This document shows positions 28,001-39,640 of a stretch of DNA of 64,000 nt, piece after piece. Where the stretch lies: positions 186,001 to 250,000 of the forward strand of contig NMRA01000463.1 of the NCBI GenBank assembly GCA_002633005.1. The letters are read 5' to 3'. Under the pieces are notes generated by a model. It worked only from the letters and a program-made list of their open reading frames with translations. It was not told the DNA's origin and did no database searches. The position numbers were made by a program, and so were the translations under genes. Every line of letters begins with the position of its first letter. Position 1 is the first letter of the stretch. The stretch comes from Phoronis australis (Eukaryota > Animalia > Phoronida).

Positions 28001-29771
28001 AGCTAACCAAGGTAAACTCCAACGTCATGTTTCCAACCCAAAAAAATTCGCATGTTACGGTTGAAAGTTCAGCAGTAAAGACAAGTCTCACAATTGAGTT
28101 TGAGTAGTTATACAAAGCCCTGCCTCATGAGCTCTGAAACGATATTCTCGTCCGATCATCTAACCAACTGGTTTTGCTAATTTTCATCCTCAGGTTAACG
28201 CATCAGCAACCTATATTGTTTGACATGGAATTCTTTGTTGATTTTTTATTTGGTAAGTCGAAACGGTCAGCATTTGAGGCAAAGAATAGTTGAGAATACC
28301 CACCGCCATTAATTTGGTTTCATCGACTTCCTTACTCTGTCAGATAAAAAGCGATTTATCCGAATCCAAACGTGTCACTGTTCGCTATGTGTTGAAGTAA
28401 CCTTCGGTGCATCAATTGACCTGGCATAACGAGGCATATTTGCGAACCCAAAACAAAACATGTCTAAATCCTGATACCTACACTAAATAAAAATTATGAC
28501 CAATTTAATAAAGATATGCGTTTCTGTTTCTGTTTCTGTGGTGACGTCAGAGGGTAGGCACCGGGATAGTCTCTGGCCCTCCTCCTTCCAGTATCACACT
28601 TAATGTAAATTTGGAAATGCAACCAAGTTCGTGCTGGTTACACACTCTTCGATCTTTTCCCCTGATACGAGTTTTTGCTGCATCTCCGTATTGCCATCCT
28701 CGCTCTATGAGGCGCTTTGTTGCCCATCTCTCCTGCTGTTGTACAATCTGTAAGCGATTCATGTGGTTTTAATTAAAAACTGTTTTCGCGATGCTTTCAC
28801 AACCCTGTTTTTCCATTACCTAACGCGCCCAATTCTTGCATTAATAGCACACCAATGGGCCCGAAAACAACACCGATGGGCACAGTTCTATTTCGATCGC
28901 CCGTACCAACCGGGAGATAGCTCACTCAGCGTCGGGATCACTGACCCATTCCTGATAGACTCAGAACTTGATGTCGCTCTGCTGGAATTGGATCTGACCA
29001 ATGTAGAATCTAGCACGGTACAGAATTTACCTGCACCCATAACCCGATTCCGGATGTTGAAAGACGGCAATGAGACGCTCCACTTCATCGGTCATCCAGG
29101 AGGCAACCCAAAAGTGTTCGACGTCCAATGCAAAACTATACCTGCTGAACAAATTTTGAGAATGGTGAGTAGCCCTAAATACTGTCTTATGGCAATTGTT
29201 GCTGGTGACATTTGAAAAAAAAAAAATTGGCGGCATACATGTAGAAAGAAAATTCTAATCTAGTTCCGAAATGTCAGCCGCCCAAGGTTCCATTTTTTCG
29301 TGGGAGACCGATTTAGACATTTGCCACGGACTTCTACGTTTATATACTTTTAATAAAAAACCTTGACATGCTTCCGTAAAAGGTAAGTTGCCAAGCTGTA
29401 TTCCACTAATCAATTTACACTTTCAGCATCTGCACCTTCTGGAGTGGTCCTTCGAAAATTTCAACTCCGACAAATACCCTAAAGTCACCGACGAACGTCG
29501 GATACTCTACAACACCAGCGCAGACTTTGGACCAGGCACGTCTGGTTGCCCTGGATTTGTCATGGACGAAGATTACCTGGCGTCTCTCGCTGTCACTCAC
29601 GCATTCGCTTTCCCGGACGTCCCAAATCCTCCTCACGGAATGCCAGAGGAATACCACTTCGAACAAGGCATACGCATTGAGCACGTGTACGATTTAATAC
29701 GAAGCCTCGACGAAGACATATGCTCAGAAATATTCACACAGGGACGTCCATACCCAGTAGATCTCTACTGA
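20624..29771 (+). CDS. Ankyrin-repeat + FAM111-like serine protease (10 exons, at least 558 aa, 5' end unresolved)
   Basis: Exons 20624-20719, 22384-22482, 23208-23306, 24056-24154, 25108-25206, 25815-25919, 26378-26552, 27769-28011, 28848-29164 and 29427-29771 are all AG/GT, phase-compatible and sum to 1677 nt without an internal stop. His 27978, Asp 28970, Ser 29541. Confidence 0.88.
21450..21767. repeat. Intronic MITE-like element containing a 26-bp minisatellite (about 9 copies, 21519-21750)
   Basis: Unit caggttctcaaaccacgagacccaaa; flanked by imperfect inverted ends ggcaatagtcacttgcaaggg / cccctgtaaatggccattgcc. Confidence 0.8.
22384..22482 (+). CDS. Ankyrin repeat exon 2
   Basis: cgcag|DGQTPLLLAAVNGHTDVVTVLLHHDASISATDK|gtattt; 99 nt. 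Confidence 0.92.
23208..23306 (+). CDS. Ankyrin repeat exon 3
   Basis: tgtag|DGFTALHLASYCGWITTVKTLLLNKSNVAAVDK|gtaatg; 99 nt. Confidence 0.92.
24056..24154 (+). CDS. Ankyrin repeat exon 4
   Basis: ttacag|YQRSALHLAALEGHVAIAKLLVQFGAAVSAVDK|gtgaga; 99 nt. Confidence 0.92.
24872..25050. repeat. Compound microsatellite (GGCA)n followed by (AT)n, split by a short N run
   Basis: Directly visible. Confidence 0.97.
25108..25206 (+). CDS. Ankyrin repeat exon 5
   Basis: ttgcag|DGETPLHRASRLTRIQVVELLINHRADVLAVNK|gtattt; 99 nt. Confidence 0.92.
25815..25919 (+). CDS. Degenerate C-capping ankyrin exon
   Basis: ttgtag|DGKTPYEVCGHVEFWERHFVIDDEIKVNATKNLIQ|gtacac; 105 nt, phase 0-0. Confidence 0.85.
26378..26552 (+). 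CDS. Helical linker exon
   Basis: ttccag|EELERLKQEAKSELADAIAKYARF...|gtgagc; homologous to 8619-8787. Confidence 0.85.
26692..26703 (+). promoter_or_regulatory. Intronic ISRE/IRF-like motif GAAACTGAAACT
   Basis: Matches GAAANNGAAACT. Motif match only. Confidence 0.25.
27769..28011 (+). CDS. Protease exon with catalytic His
   Basis: ttacag acceptor; AVAKIVWSNSLAGTGWLVGTGQRKFLVTNYHII; G|gtaaac donor. Confidence 0.9.
28848..29164 (+). CDS. Protease exon with catalytic Asp
   Basis: aatag acceptor; DSELDVALLELD...FIGHPGGNPKVFDVQC; ATG|gtgagt donor. Confidence 0.9.
29427..29771 (+). CDS. Terminal protease exon with catalytic Ser
   Basis: tttcag acceptor; YNTSADFGPGTSGCPGF...THAFAFP...FEQGIRIEHVYDLI; TGA stop. 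Confidence 0.9.
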   Translation, partial: HLHLLEWSFENFNSDKYPKVTDERRILYNTSADFGPGTSGCPGFVMDEDYLASLAVTHAFAFPDVPNPPHGMPEEYHFEQGIRIEHVYDLIRSLDEDICSEIFTQGRPYPVDLY

Positions 29772-30699
29772 TTATGATCACCGGAACATATTTTCGAGTA
29801 GACAGAAGTATGCTACATGTATATTCCAGGCGACTGAGGCTGAAATGAATTGATTGCAACATGTGTGTACTTTGCGGTGAACAGTCCCTTTCAGGGACGT
29901 TATTGGAAATGTTTTTCACACAACTGCCTATTACTTTGACATGGCCAATGCGTGAACACATTCACTATACTGGACTTGGAGTTTTAAATGTTAACATGCT
30001 GATGTCTTTGATGACATTTGTATTTATAGGATACAGGCGTTACTGCGTGAAACAATTTGGGCGTGAACATTCATTTTTTGCACAAACATATGTTATTTGC
30101 ATTTGCAGTGTGAAAACTTGTTTTTTTAACACCCTCTGAACACAATGCGCGTGATCAATGGTATTGTCTGCTTGTCTCCAAGCCAAATTTCGTAGCAAAT
30201 TTAGTTATTGCAATTAATAGATAATTTTCACCTCGGGTTTTGCCTTTTCATAACTAACATTACAATCATTCTTGTCTTTAACGAGAACATCGCAATCCTA
30301 CATGTAACATTCGACCCCTTTTCTGAATTTTCACGTAAGCCGAATTGCACAACCTTCTAAGTTATTTACTCACACCTCTTCGTACGACCGTGTTTCATGT
30401 GTTTTCATTTGGATGTCATCGTCGTATTTCAGAATATAAACTGCTTTTGATTGATCGCTGCACATAGCAGCATGTTTTAAAATGTCTTTTTTGTAAACAG
30501 ACAGTTTTTCTGTACACATGTAATAACACTCATGTATTGAACATTCCAATTCTTTAATATATTTTATATTTTTTGTTTCATTTCTATTCCGATACTGATT
30601 CATCAACCAGCTTGCGCTCTTTGTTCGGGCATGGGTTAGTCACCCTTTTAAAAGTTATGATCTGATACATTTGCTAGACCCGAGATTGGCGTTTAACAT

Positions 30700-32160
30700 G
30701 GCTAAATTTCAAACTATTTTTTTCTATTTGGTGTACGTTAAAAATTACGATGGGTGTCGTGACTATTATCCAGGCCTCTAAATTTGTTAGAGATAAAGGT
30801 CTCTGGCGATTTAACAAATCCTTATTACGTGATGTAGAATACATTAGTAATGTGAAAGACATCATAGCTGAAACAGGTAAGGAAAATTTAACTCCTGATA
30901 ATGACTCCAATTTGTCAGAGGGTCAATCGACTATCGACGACTCTCTTCTTCTTGAGACGATTCTGTTGAATATTAGAAAGATTAGTATACTTTGTGTTAT
31001 TCAGCTTTCAAGAAAAAAAAGAAAATCATCGACATGAGAAGAATTTAGAGGAGCAATTAATTCTTAGGGAAAATATGTGCAACAATAATTCTGCTCCGCT
31101 CCTTGAAATTTATTCAGATTTGCAGAAAGATTACGAATAAGTTAGAAAGAACAAAGTGAAAGGCATGATGCTGTGATCTCGGGCAAAATTGATCGAGGAT
31201 TTTGAAAAACCGTCCAGATATTTTGGTAACTTAGAAAAACGCACTTACGTGAAAAGAATGTTTACAAATTTATAGACGACACTGGACAAATCTTGACAAA
31301 CCAAAAAGCTATACTGTGTGCAATCGAAAAATTCTATGCAAATTTATATGCAGCCAAAGCAAATGACTGTCTCCCATACATGTATGAATTTAAGAGGCAT
31401 TATCTGAGAAAACCTGCAGAGGTCGGCGGAGGCATGTTAAAATTCATGGATTTTGTCAATGGGGTTTTATTAAGGATACCAAACAATAAAATAAAAAGTT
31501 ATTTTAAAAATCAAAAAAATGTTTTTGTATGGATTACAGCACATCCAATATTCCCATGTATTCCAATAGGGAAATGGGTAGTAAGTGTGGAATTTCAAAA
31601 GGCTTTTATTAGAAAGTAGTTCCTAACTATTTAAAGTGAGATATTTTTTTCTACCAAAATAAGGTAAATTAANAGAAAGATTACGAATAAATTAGAAAGA
31701 TCAAAGTGAAAGGCATGATGCTGAGATCTCGGGCAAAATGGATCGAGGATTTTGAAAAACCGTCCAGATATTTTGGTAACTTAGAAAAACGCACTTACGT
31801 GAAAAAGAATGTTTACAAATTTATAGACGACACTGGACAAATCTTGACAAACCAAAAAGCTATACTGTGTGCAATCGAAAAATTCTATGCAAATTTATAT
31901 GCAGCCAAAGCAAATGACTGTCTCCCATATGAATTAACAGGCTTGCTGGCCCCTGAAGACATATCAGAACTAGTCGCCGACTTGAAAGAAAACTTAAAAG
32001 GACCAACAACATGTACAAAGGCCGCGACTGTATTTAAATGTATGAAAATGACAAAACTCCGGGGACTGATGATTTTCTTGTAAAGTTTTACAAATGTTTT
32101 TTGGAAAGAATTGTCGCCAGTTTTGATCAAATCTTTTAATTACCACTTTCATTCTGCTAG
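30700..32160 (+). mobile_element. Degraded Tx1/L1-clade non-LTR retrotransposon ORF2 fragment
   Basis: GLWRFNKSLL, KGMMLRSRAKWIEDFEKPSRYFGNLEKR, AIEKFYANLY and a frameshifted PG.D...FYKCFWKEL are typical of the endonuclease-to-RT linker. Confidence 0.85.
31394..31672. mobile_element. Left end of an element inserted at TTAA in the Tx1 remnant, truncated by an N
   Basis: One copy reads ...gaatTTAAgaggcattatctg where the duplicate reads ...gaaTTAAcaggc. A TTAA target and purine-purine start suggest Kolobok. Confidence 0.45.
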
Positions 32161-32793
32161 CTGGGAGGCTATATAACCTAGGGGCTGCCGCGACAGTGTG
32201 ACACAGGACCAGCCCGTAAATTTTTTGCAAATGTCTGAAATTACCTTTGTGTGAATACGGCATTCACGATTTGAAAGTTTTACTTCAACAAAAAAGCTTG
32301 CAACCCCATTCCTTTACCGTTCGCCAGTGTCTAATACCTTGTGATCCGAAAGTTAAAGTTCTATGAATAGACATTGATACCAATTCAACTTTTGACTCCC
32401 ATATTTCGGACATTTTCAAAAAAGCCTCACAGCAACACGTTATACGAAGAATTGGACACCACCTTACGATAAACGGCAGACTTGCCATTTTTCACTGCTT
32501 CATTCTTTCAAATTTCAACTACTGCTCCCTCTCATGACATTTTTGGTCGAAAGAAAATACACTCAAACTAGAAAAACTTCAACTCAGAGCCCTCCGTTTT
32601 GTTTACAATGACGACGTTATCACGCACGTTCAACTACTCTCACTAGCTAACAAACCACCTCTTCATCTACACAGAGTTCGACTAATTGCTGTAGAAGTAC
32701 CTAAAATTCTTTTTGACGAATCACTCCAAGACGCTTCTTTCACTTTTAAAGGAGGAAGAAAACAGTTACTCCTTTCGTTACAGCAAACTTTAA

Positions 32794-35700
32794 AGGAGCA
32801 TGCCACCCAAAAACAACCTAATTTGTATCAATTTAGATTGAGTAGTTCTACTCCATAACGACACGTACGGTTGCGTTACCTGACACCTGACGGCAGACGG
32901 AGATGTTGAAATTATCCAATGACGTCTTCGGTTTCACACGCAGTCTGTTCAACAGTTCACAACACGGGTTACTGGTGTCAGCTTATCGCTTGAAGTCATC
33001 GTATAACGCCAATAAATCATCAAACTTCGGTCTAAATCCCTTAAAAATACGACAAGTCCTATAAAAACGTGTTGTTTTATTTCGCTCTTACGGATTTATT
33101 GGTATTTGGACACACCGCAGCCTACAAAGTTCGGCAGGCCAATAAGGTCCGTAGCAGGAGTTTGGCCTGTTCGGAGATAATTTCGAAGTATTATCCGTGA
33201 GATACAGACAGGAGAACCTAGATCTGTGTTGTTTAGACTTGTGATTTTTTGAGTTCTAAACACAAAACGCTTGTTATCCTGGCCAGTGGCTCGGAGCCCG
33301 ATCAGGCCCGTCGCGGCCGGCCGGACCGGCCGGCCGCGACGGGGCAGTTAAATTTTGACGTCGACAATATATACGTGTCATTTGAAGTAGTAGCCCGTTG
33401 TAGGGGGCCACGACCAAAAATATGGTTACACATCACATGTTTAACCACAAAAAAAAACAAGTGAAAGAGTTACTTTTTCAGGTAAGCGACGCGTTGCGCG
33501 CTTTGGTTGTTTTTGTCCGCTTTAGGAGGCAAGTGGCGCTTTTTTCTTTCACGATTTCGCTGAGGTACGTTTCAGAAAATCGTACTGTAGGCCTAAGTCA
33601 TTTTTTCTGTGCCAGTTAATCTTGGTACACAGCAACTGAAAAAACGGATAAATCACGTCATTTTAAATGTCCATATCGCTCCGTTATGGCCACTTCGACT
33701 TGGATGGATTTTGGCTCATTCAAACACTCCATTATGCTCTATTTTTTGAAGTTCGTAAACGAAAACGCGTACCAGGATGTAAAGTTCGTGCCCTCCCCCT
33801 CGAGTTTTAGTTGCCAATTTTGACATGAAGATGATGGTGATATTTATGCGTTCCTTGACGAGAATTCCAGCAAGTCAAGTTTTGCCTAATTCAGCTTTTC
33901 ATTCATTTTTGTACCGTGTATGGTCGCTGGCAAAATACGATACCATCAAGATTTTAGTCTACAGTGTAGATGTTTCCTAACTCGGTTTTTGGCCATAACA
34001 CTAGTTATAGGAATCTGATTATGAGCGCGCAAGAGAAGATGGAACGTATTTGCGACGTTTCGTTTACTCAAAGTTAATGAGCCTAAACGTCAGAAAATAT
34101 TTGTTTTCTCTTTCTCGCTTATAATGATTTTCAAGGGTTTTCGTTATTCAATTTCGGCAAGGNNNNNNNNNNNNNNNNNNNNNNNNNNNNNNNNNNNNNN
34201 NNNNNNNNNNNNNNNNNNNNNNNNNNNNNNNNNNNNNNNNNNNNNNNNNNNNNNNNNNNNNNNNNNNNNNNNNNNNNNNNNNNNNNNNNNNNNNNNNNNN
34301 NNNNNNNNNNNNNNNNNNNNNNNNNNNNNNNNNNNNNNNNNNNNNNNNNNNNNNNNNNNNNNNNNNNNNNNNNNNNNNNNNNNNNNNNNNNNNNNNNNNN
34401 NNNNNNNNNNNNNNNNNNNNNNNNNNNNNNNNNNNNNNNNNNNNNNNNNNNNNNNNNNNNNNNNNNNNNNNNNNNNNNNNNNNNNNNNNNNNNNNNNNNN
34501 NNNNNNNNNNNNNNNNNNNNNNNNNNNNNNNNNNNNNNNNNNNNNNNNNNNNNNNNNNNNNNNNNNNNNNNNNNNNNNNNNNNNNNNNNNNNNNNNNNNN
34601 NGTGAGGCTCGTGGTCCGTTACAAATTCAGGCTGTCGGATCTTTCAATTGATAAATTGGAGACGTTAGAACTGTAGGTAAGGGCATTTTTCGCATGTAGT
34701 TCGATGGGCTGGGCGCTTACTTTAGCAAAGTCTGAAAACGCGTTGGGACACTTGTTGAGCCATGGGCGCTAATTAGGGCGAATAGCGGCAGAATTACATA
34801 CAGCAGCGTAGTTTAATGCACACAAATTACACGTCGTGCAAACCAGTCGGCCATCCCGTTTACCATCAACAATCCCAGTAGCCTTTGCGCACCCTAATTT
34901 CCGGACATGCGCAATCGTTAAATCGATTCGGTTGCAACTCCGCTATTACGCACTTATTTGCTCTCCGTTTTAACGTTGATCATCGTCTATACACCTCCAA
35001 AAATGGCACATCGTCTTTGCGCAAACTATATTGAGATTTAAGTCTCCCGAAAAAAGTTGACGATCGGATAGTGTTTAAAAGTCTAATTCTAAATTTCTCC
35101 AGTTAGTGCACAAATGAAGTAAAAGAAAGTAGTTCTGCTTGTCGCGTCTGCGGTTGGTATCATTATCTCGATTTATGACCCACAACGCGTGACTGGACAA
35201 AGCCTTTTCAAATTAGCCGGTGGGGCGTGAGACCCCTGAGGTCCCAATCGAGTCCTCCCGACAACTCCGCGTTATGGGATTGATTTGTTATCCCAGTGGC
35301 TCGGAAACTGATCAGAAATTACGAACAAAAACAATCCAAAGTTCACTGGACTGAACTAAACTACCAGTCAAGAAAATATTATACTAGTGAGCCAAAGTAA
35401 TGTGCACGTGGTTATGCTGGTGAATTAGCCACGAAACTGCAGATCTACTTACCCGTCGGGGGCTGCGAATTCAGGTTCCGCTTTGGCCACAGCACTGTCA
35501 GGGCAGAAGTTGTATATTGACAATCATTATTTGAGTAATGTAATTGTAAATAAAGATTCCCCTAACACCTGGCCGTGGGATGGAAATCGAGTTTTTTCTC
35601 AACAGTTTCTGACAGCAAAACACTAATTAGCATGAGCTCACACGGCCTCGGTGTCACGTCAATTAGTTTTATTGCACCTGGCCTAAAGCTGGTAACGCAG

Positions 35701-36424
35701 TGATTTATTCATTGCTGCATGGCTTCTCAAATCATTTGCACTTACGAACACTACAAAGACATTACAAATTGCATCTAATGAGACGGACTTTGTTTCAGTT
35801 TCATATAAGAATTGTTTAGGATGAGAATAATTCATTTTGAAACAGAACGCTCAGTAATAAGCGCCAACATGGCAACTCGCAATCCTGACTTAGGACGAGC
35901 TAGAGCTCATCAGTCCCGACTTCGCAGGTGGATCGTTAAGTTTTACAGGCAATCAATTCGAACAGGAATACAGTGATGAAGAGAGGCGCCGTGAACAAGC
36001 TCAGACAACGGAACGTATGGAGTTATTTTGTAAGCCGGTATTCGTCAGTCAGGCTGTCGACGTCTACAGGCCACAGTCACGGAGATGTTTCACGGCCTCA
36101 TACTTGCTATTTACAGCGCACGTTTCATTCTTCACTACCATGAACCACTGCCTAAGCATTTCGGACTCTCGAAGAATTAGAAAAACGATATACACGCTTT
36201 CCTCGCAGCTGCTTAGTTCGCCGGACAAGCGGGAACGATGCACCGCAACATAGCGGCATTCACTCTGCATATGAGCAACTGACGTCTCAAGCATCGTTTC
36301 TCACCTTCCTCACAGGTTAACGCGACACCTCTTGGCAAGGTAAGGTCCACCATATGAGAGGCGATGTGGATTAAAACCGATTAAGACGGCAAACAAGACT
36401 AATTAAATCGGGTGGCAATCTCTT
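32794..36424. mobile_element. Second copy (or two partial copies) of the Kolobok family seen at 15023-17034
   Basis: TTAA-aggagcatgccacc ... ggtggcaatctctt-TTAA. 32794-33310 resembles 15023-15530 and 35287-36424 resembles 15494-17034 with deletions. Interrupted by other sequence and an N gap. Confidence 0.75.
34163..34601. other. Assembly gap
   Basis: Run of N. Confidence 0.99.
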
Positions 36425-39099
36425 TTAAGATATTCATCAAGTTAAATCTGTCAAAAATGGTGAATTTTTTTCGCTTCGAGGCTGCTCGGGTCTGGAACAG
36501 TCTACCGAATGTGTTGCTCACTACAGAGTCTCACTATTTTCCGTGGACTGATTTGGATCTGGATCGGCCCTGAATGTTGCTGTTCTCTTTGTAGACACTC
36601 AAGGTTATGCTTCAGTTAGTGAATAACATGGTTTCTTTTATGATTTATCTAGATTGTAGCAATTACAGGTGTACATGTACGTATTATCGTTTATGCTCTT
36701 TTAGACCCTAGACTATATTTTAGCGACAACTTAACATTTATTTACAATTATATATCTGTGTTATTGGTCACCTTTATCTTAAGTTCCAATTTCTTAAAGT
36801 TTCTGTTAAGTTTAATGCCATAGAAATAGCCCAACTGGCTAATGTTAACCTGTTCTTCGAACGGCGTGAAATAAAGTTTCTATATTCTTGATTCTTGTCC
36901 GGTCTCGGTCCGCTCCGGGTCCAATCGGCTGCGGGCCCGAGTCCGGCAAAAGAATTTATAAAAAATTATTCGTCACATTTCGTCAGCAATTTCGATACAA
37001 TTGTCCGTATTTTGATTTTATTAACGTTAAGGCGCGCTGTGGATTATATTACCCCCGTGCGTAGGCTGGCAACATACACTACTCCAGTCGCACAGACTGC
37101 GTATACTAAGCCTGGGTTCCTGAATGAATTGTACTTTCGGGTTTGCGGTAGGTTCAAAATGGCGGTGGGTACTTCGGGTTCCAATGGTGGATGTAGTGGG
37201 GGGACAAGTGGGCCATGGCCTCCTTAAAATTCTCCCAGATTCAGTTTGGCAGTACTGGGGTGCGAATGTCTGACAGGCAAAATCCTTGCTAATACTCTGC
37301 CCTGGTCCCCCCACCTAACTCAAAATCCTGGATTCGCCCCTGGGTCCAAACCGTGACTGACGCGTTTATTTAAACTTTATTCGATGTTGGATTGTGTTTT
37401 AGTTATGGGGTAGGTACTTTTTGGATCCTTATAACATCCTCTAACCATGTAATAAGGGTTATCAACGTTTGCTTCTTGGACTTAAAAGTCTGCCGGGAAC
37501 GGGACGATTTTTAACGTTGGTAGGTCTTAGTTTTGATTCGATAGGGTTTTTTGTTGTTGGACTTTCAAAGTTGCTGAATCTACTGTCTTAATATATTGAC
37601 CTATCGCCAGGATTATGACTGCCGGCTTAACTCACCAATCAGAACACAGACGTCTTGACACACCTTCGTCTGCGTTTCCATGCCGCCATTTTAACCGACA
37701 AACAACGCCATTGCTGGTAAAGATTATTTTAGTCTATATAGCTCAGATAATTAGGTAGTGAGAATGGTGAAACGGTGTTGATGACGTGTGTAGTTCTGAC
37801 AGCCTTACGCAGGTCGAGAAGAACAGCCCGTATTTTTTGGACAATCCTTAAGCCGAAAAGTGTTGTCGACTGTGTAAACGATGGATCAAATTGTGTGGAC
37901 GGCGACACGATCAGGTAAACTTTGCAATGTTTGCTGGATTACTCGCAGGTTACAACAAATATGTTTTTTAAAAGATACGTACTTTTCAGTTTGGTGGCTA
38001 GTAGGCTTATCTGATTTTGACTTCGGAGTATCACTCGTCTGGGGCGCCTTTGTCCGGGCATCTGCTGGAACCCAGCATAAGTCTAGCGCCTCAGAAATTT
38101 GTTTTTAAGGAAAATTTTATTTTTTCATTTATTTCGACCAATAATTGACATCATTCTGTTTCGTAGCACAGGTACAGTTTATTATTCATATACCCGTAGG
38201 CTGACTTTCAACTGAACAACTCACCAAAATTGACAGATTCGATCGGCACAGCAGGGAGGGGCTGGCACAAGATAACTGAATTCAATGCCTCGAAAATGTT
38301 GAATTACTGTTTGATGAGAACATCTAGTATATACACTTCGACTGTAGAGTTAAGGAGAGCTCATTTTCTAGGAGTTCAAACCCGATACTTGGATTGATAA
38401 AGCTTTAAAAACAAGTTTAATTATTTTTGCAAATGGACACTTTTTGACACCACACCAGTCTTGTAAACTTTTGTTACCATACCACATCTTAGGGATCATG
38501 CTACGTTTAAAATTAAATGAAAACTACCTTTATGCAATGAAACTAGAAAAATATATGAAGTTCACCAGAAGGTTTGCCTAACTTAAATTCCTTTACGGTG
38601 CACTGAATTAGAGCAGATTCGATGCATTGATTTGACTTTTGGACAAAGCCATAGACCTACCAGAGCTAACTGCTTGTCGAGGATTAGATGAGTATGTACT
38701 TGAGCTATGAATCTGATTTTTTTATCAAAATGTTTCGATCGAATATTAAGAAAAGTATAAACATTGCTATCGACTCGACTTACTTTACTCAGAGAATCCC
38801 ATCAGTTGTGACGAACAGGTCTACTTTTCATTTGACGTAGAAAATAAATCTGAAACTAAATAAGGCGATCCAGATCCTCCCAAGGATACTATTATTTCAT
38901 GAAATGAAGAATATAAATTGGTAAATAAAACAACAAGAATGGATCAACTGAAATTTGAAATTTTCGGATGTAACAACTTCCTTTATCAACAAAAACAGAA
39001 ATAAAGTAAAATCAAACACAAAATGACAATTGACATATAAGATATGGTGTAATGAAAATGACACATTTCAGCGTAAAAAATTCAATGACATATTTTAAG

Positions 39100-39640
39100 A
39101 AGTTTTAAGGTCAATCCATGGGGTTCTATTGTATTAAGTTTGTCTATTCAATATTGTTCTCTTTTAAGTCTGTGAGGGGTACTGGGGTGTTGGAGTTTTT
39201 CTATTATTTGTAGAGAAAGATCTTGAATATTATGGTTTTTGGAATTAAAATGATTACCTATAGTATCAGAAATGTTTTTATGTATTATGTTAAATATATG
39301 ATTACGAAACCGAGTTTGTAGATTATGTTGAGTTTGTCCTACGTATTGGATAGAACATTTTTTACAAGTTATAAGGTAAATAATATTGTTGGTGGTGCAA
39401 TCAGAATAATGTTTTATTTCAAAGTTTTCATTGGTTTAGGAAGACTGGAAAAAAGTGCTATCGTTGATGAAGTTACACATTTTACACCTAGTTTTGTTAC
39501 ATTGTGTGTTGCCAATAGGTTTGTCAGTTTGGTTTATATTGTCGATATTAGCTTTAACTAAATAATTGTTTAGGTTTTTACATTTTCTCCAAGAAATTAT
39601 AGGTGGAAGAGGAACTAGGTTTTTCATTTGAGGGGAAATA
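39100..39640 (-). mobile_element. Penelope-like retroelement 3' remnant (GIY-YIG endonuclease)
   Basis: PPIISWRKCKNLNNYLV, CNKTRCKMC, YNL.CKKCSIQYVGQT...RFRNH, IGNHFN and LNTIEPHGL, with frameshifts and stops. Confidence 0.85.

Noticed and set aside
27769-29771. Secreted chymotrypsin-family (S1A) or bacterial HtrA protease
   Set aside because: No signal peptide, IVGG or GDSGGP, no PDZ domain, and spliceosomal introns are present; motifs fit FAM111-like enzymes better.
34124-34651. 175-aa ORF
   Set aside because: Mostly N gap.
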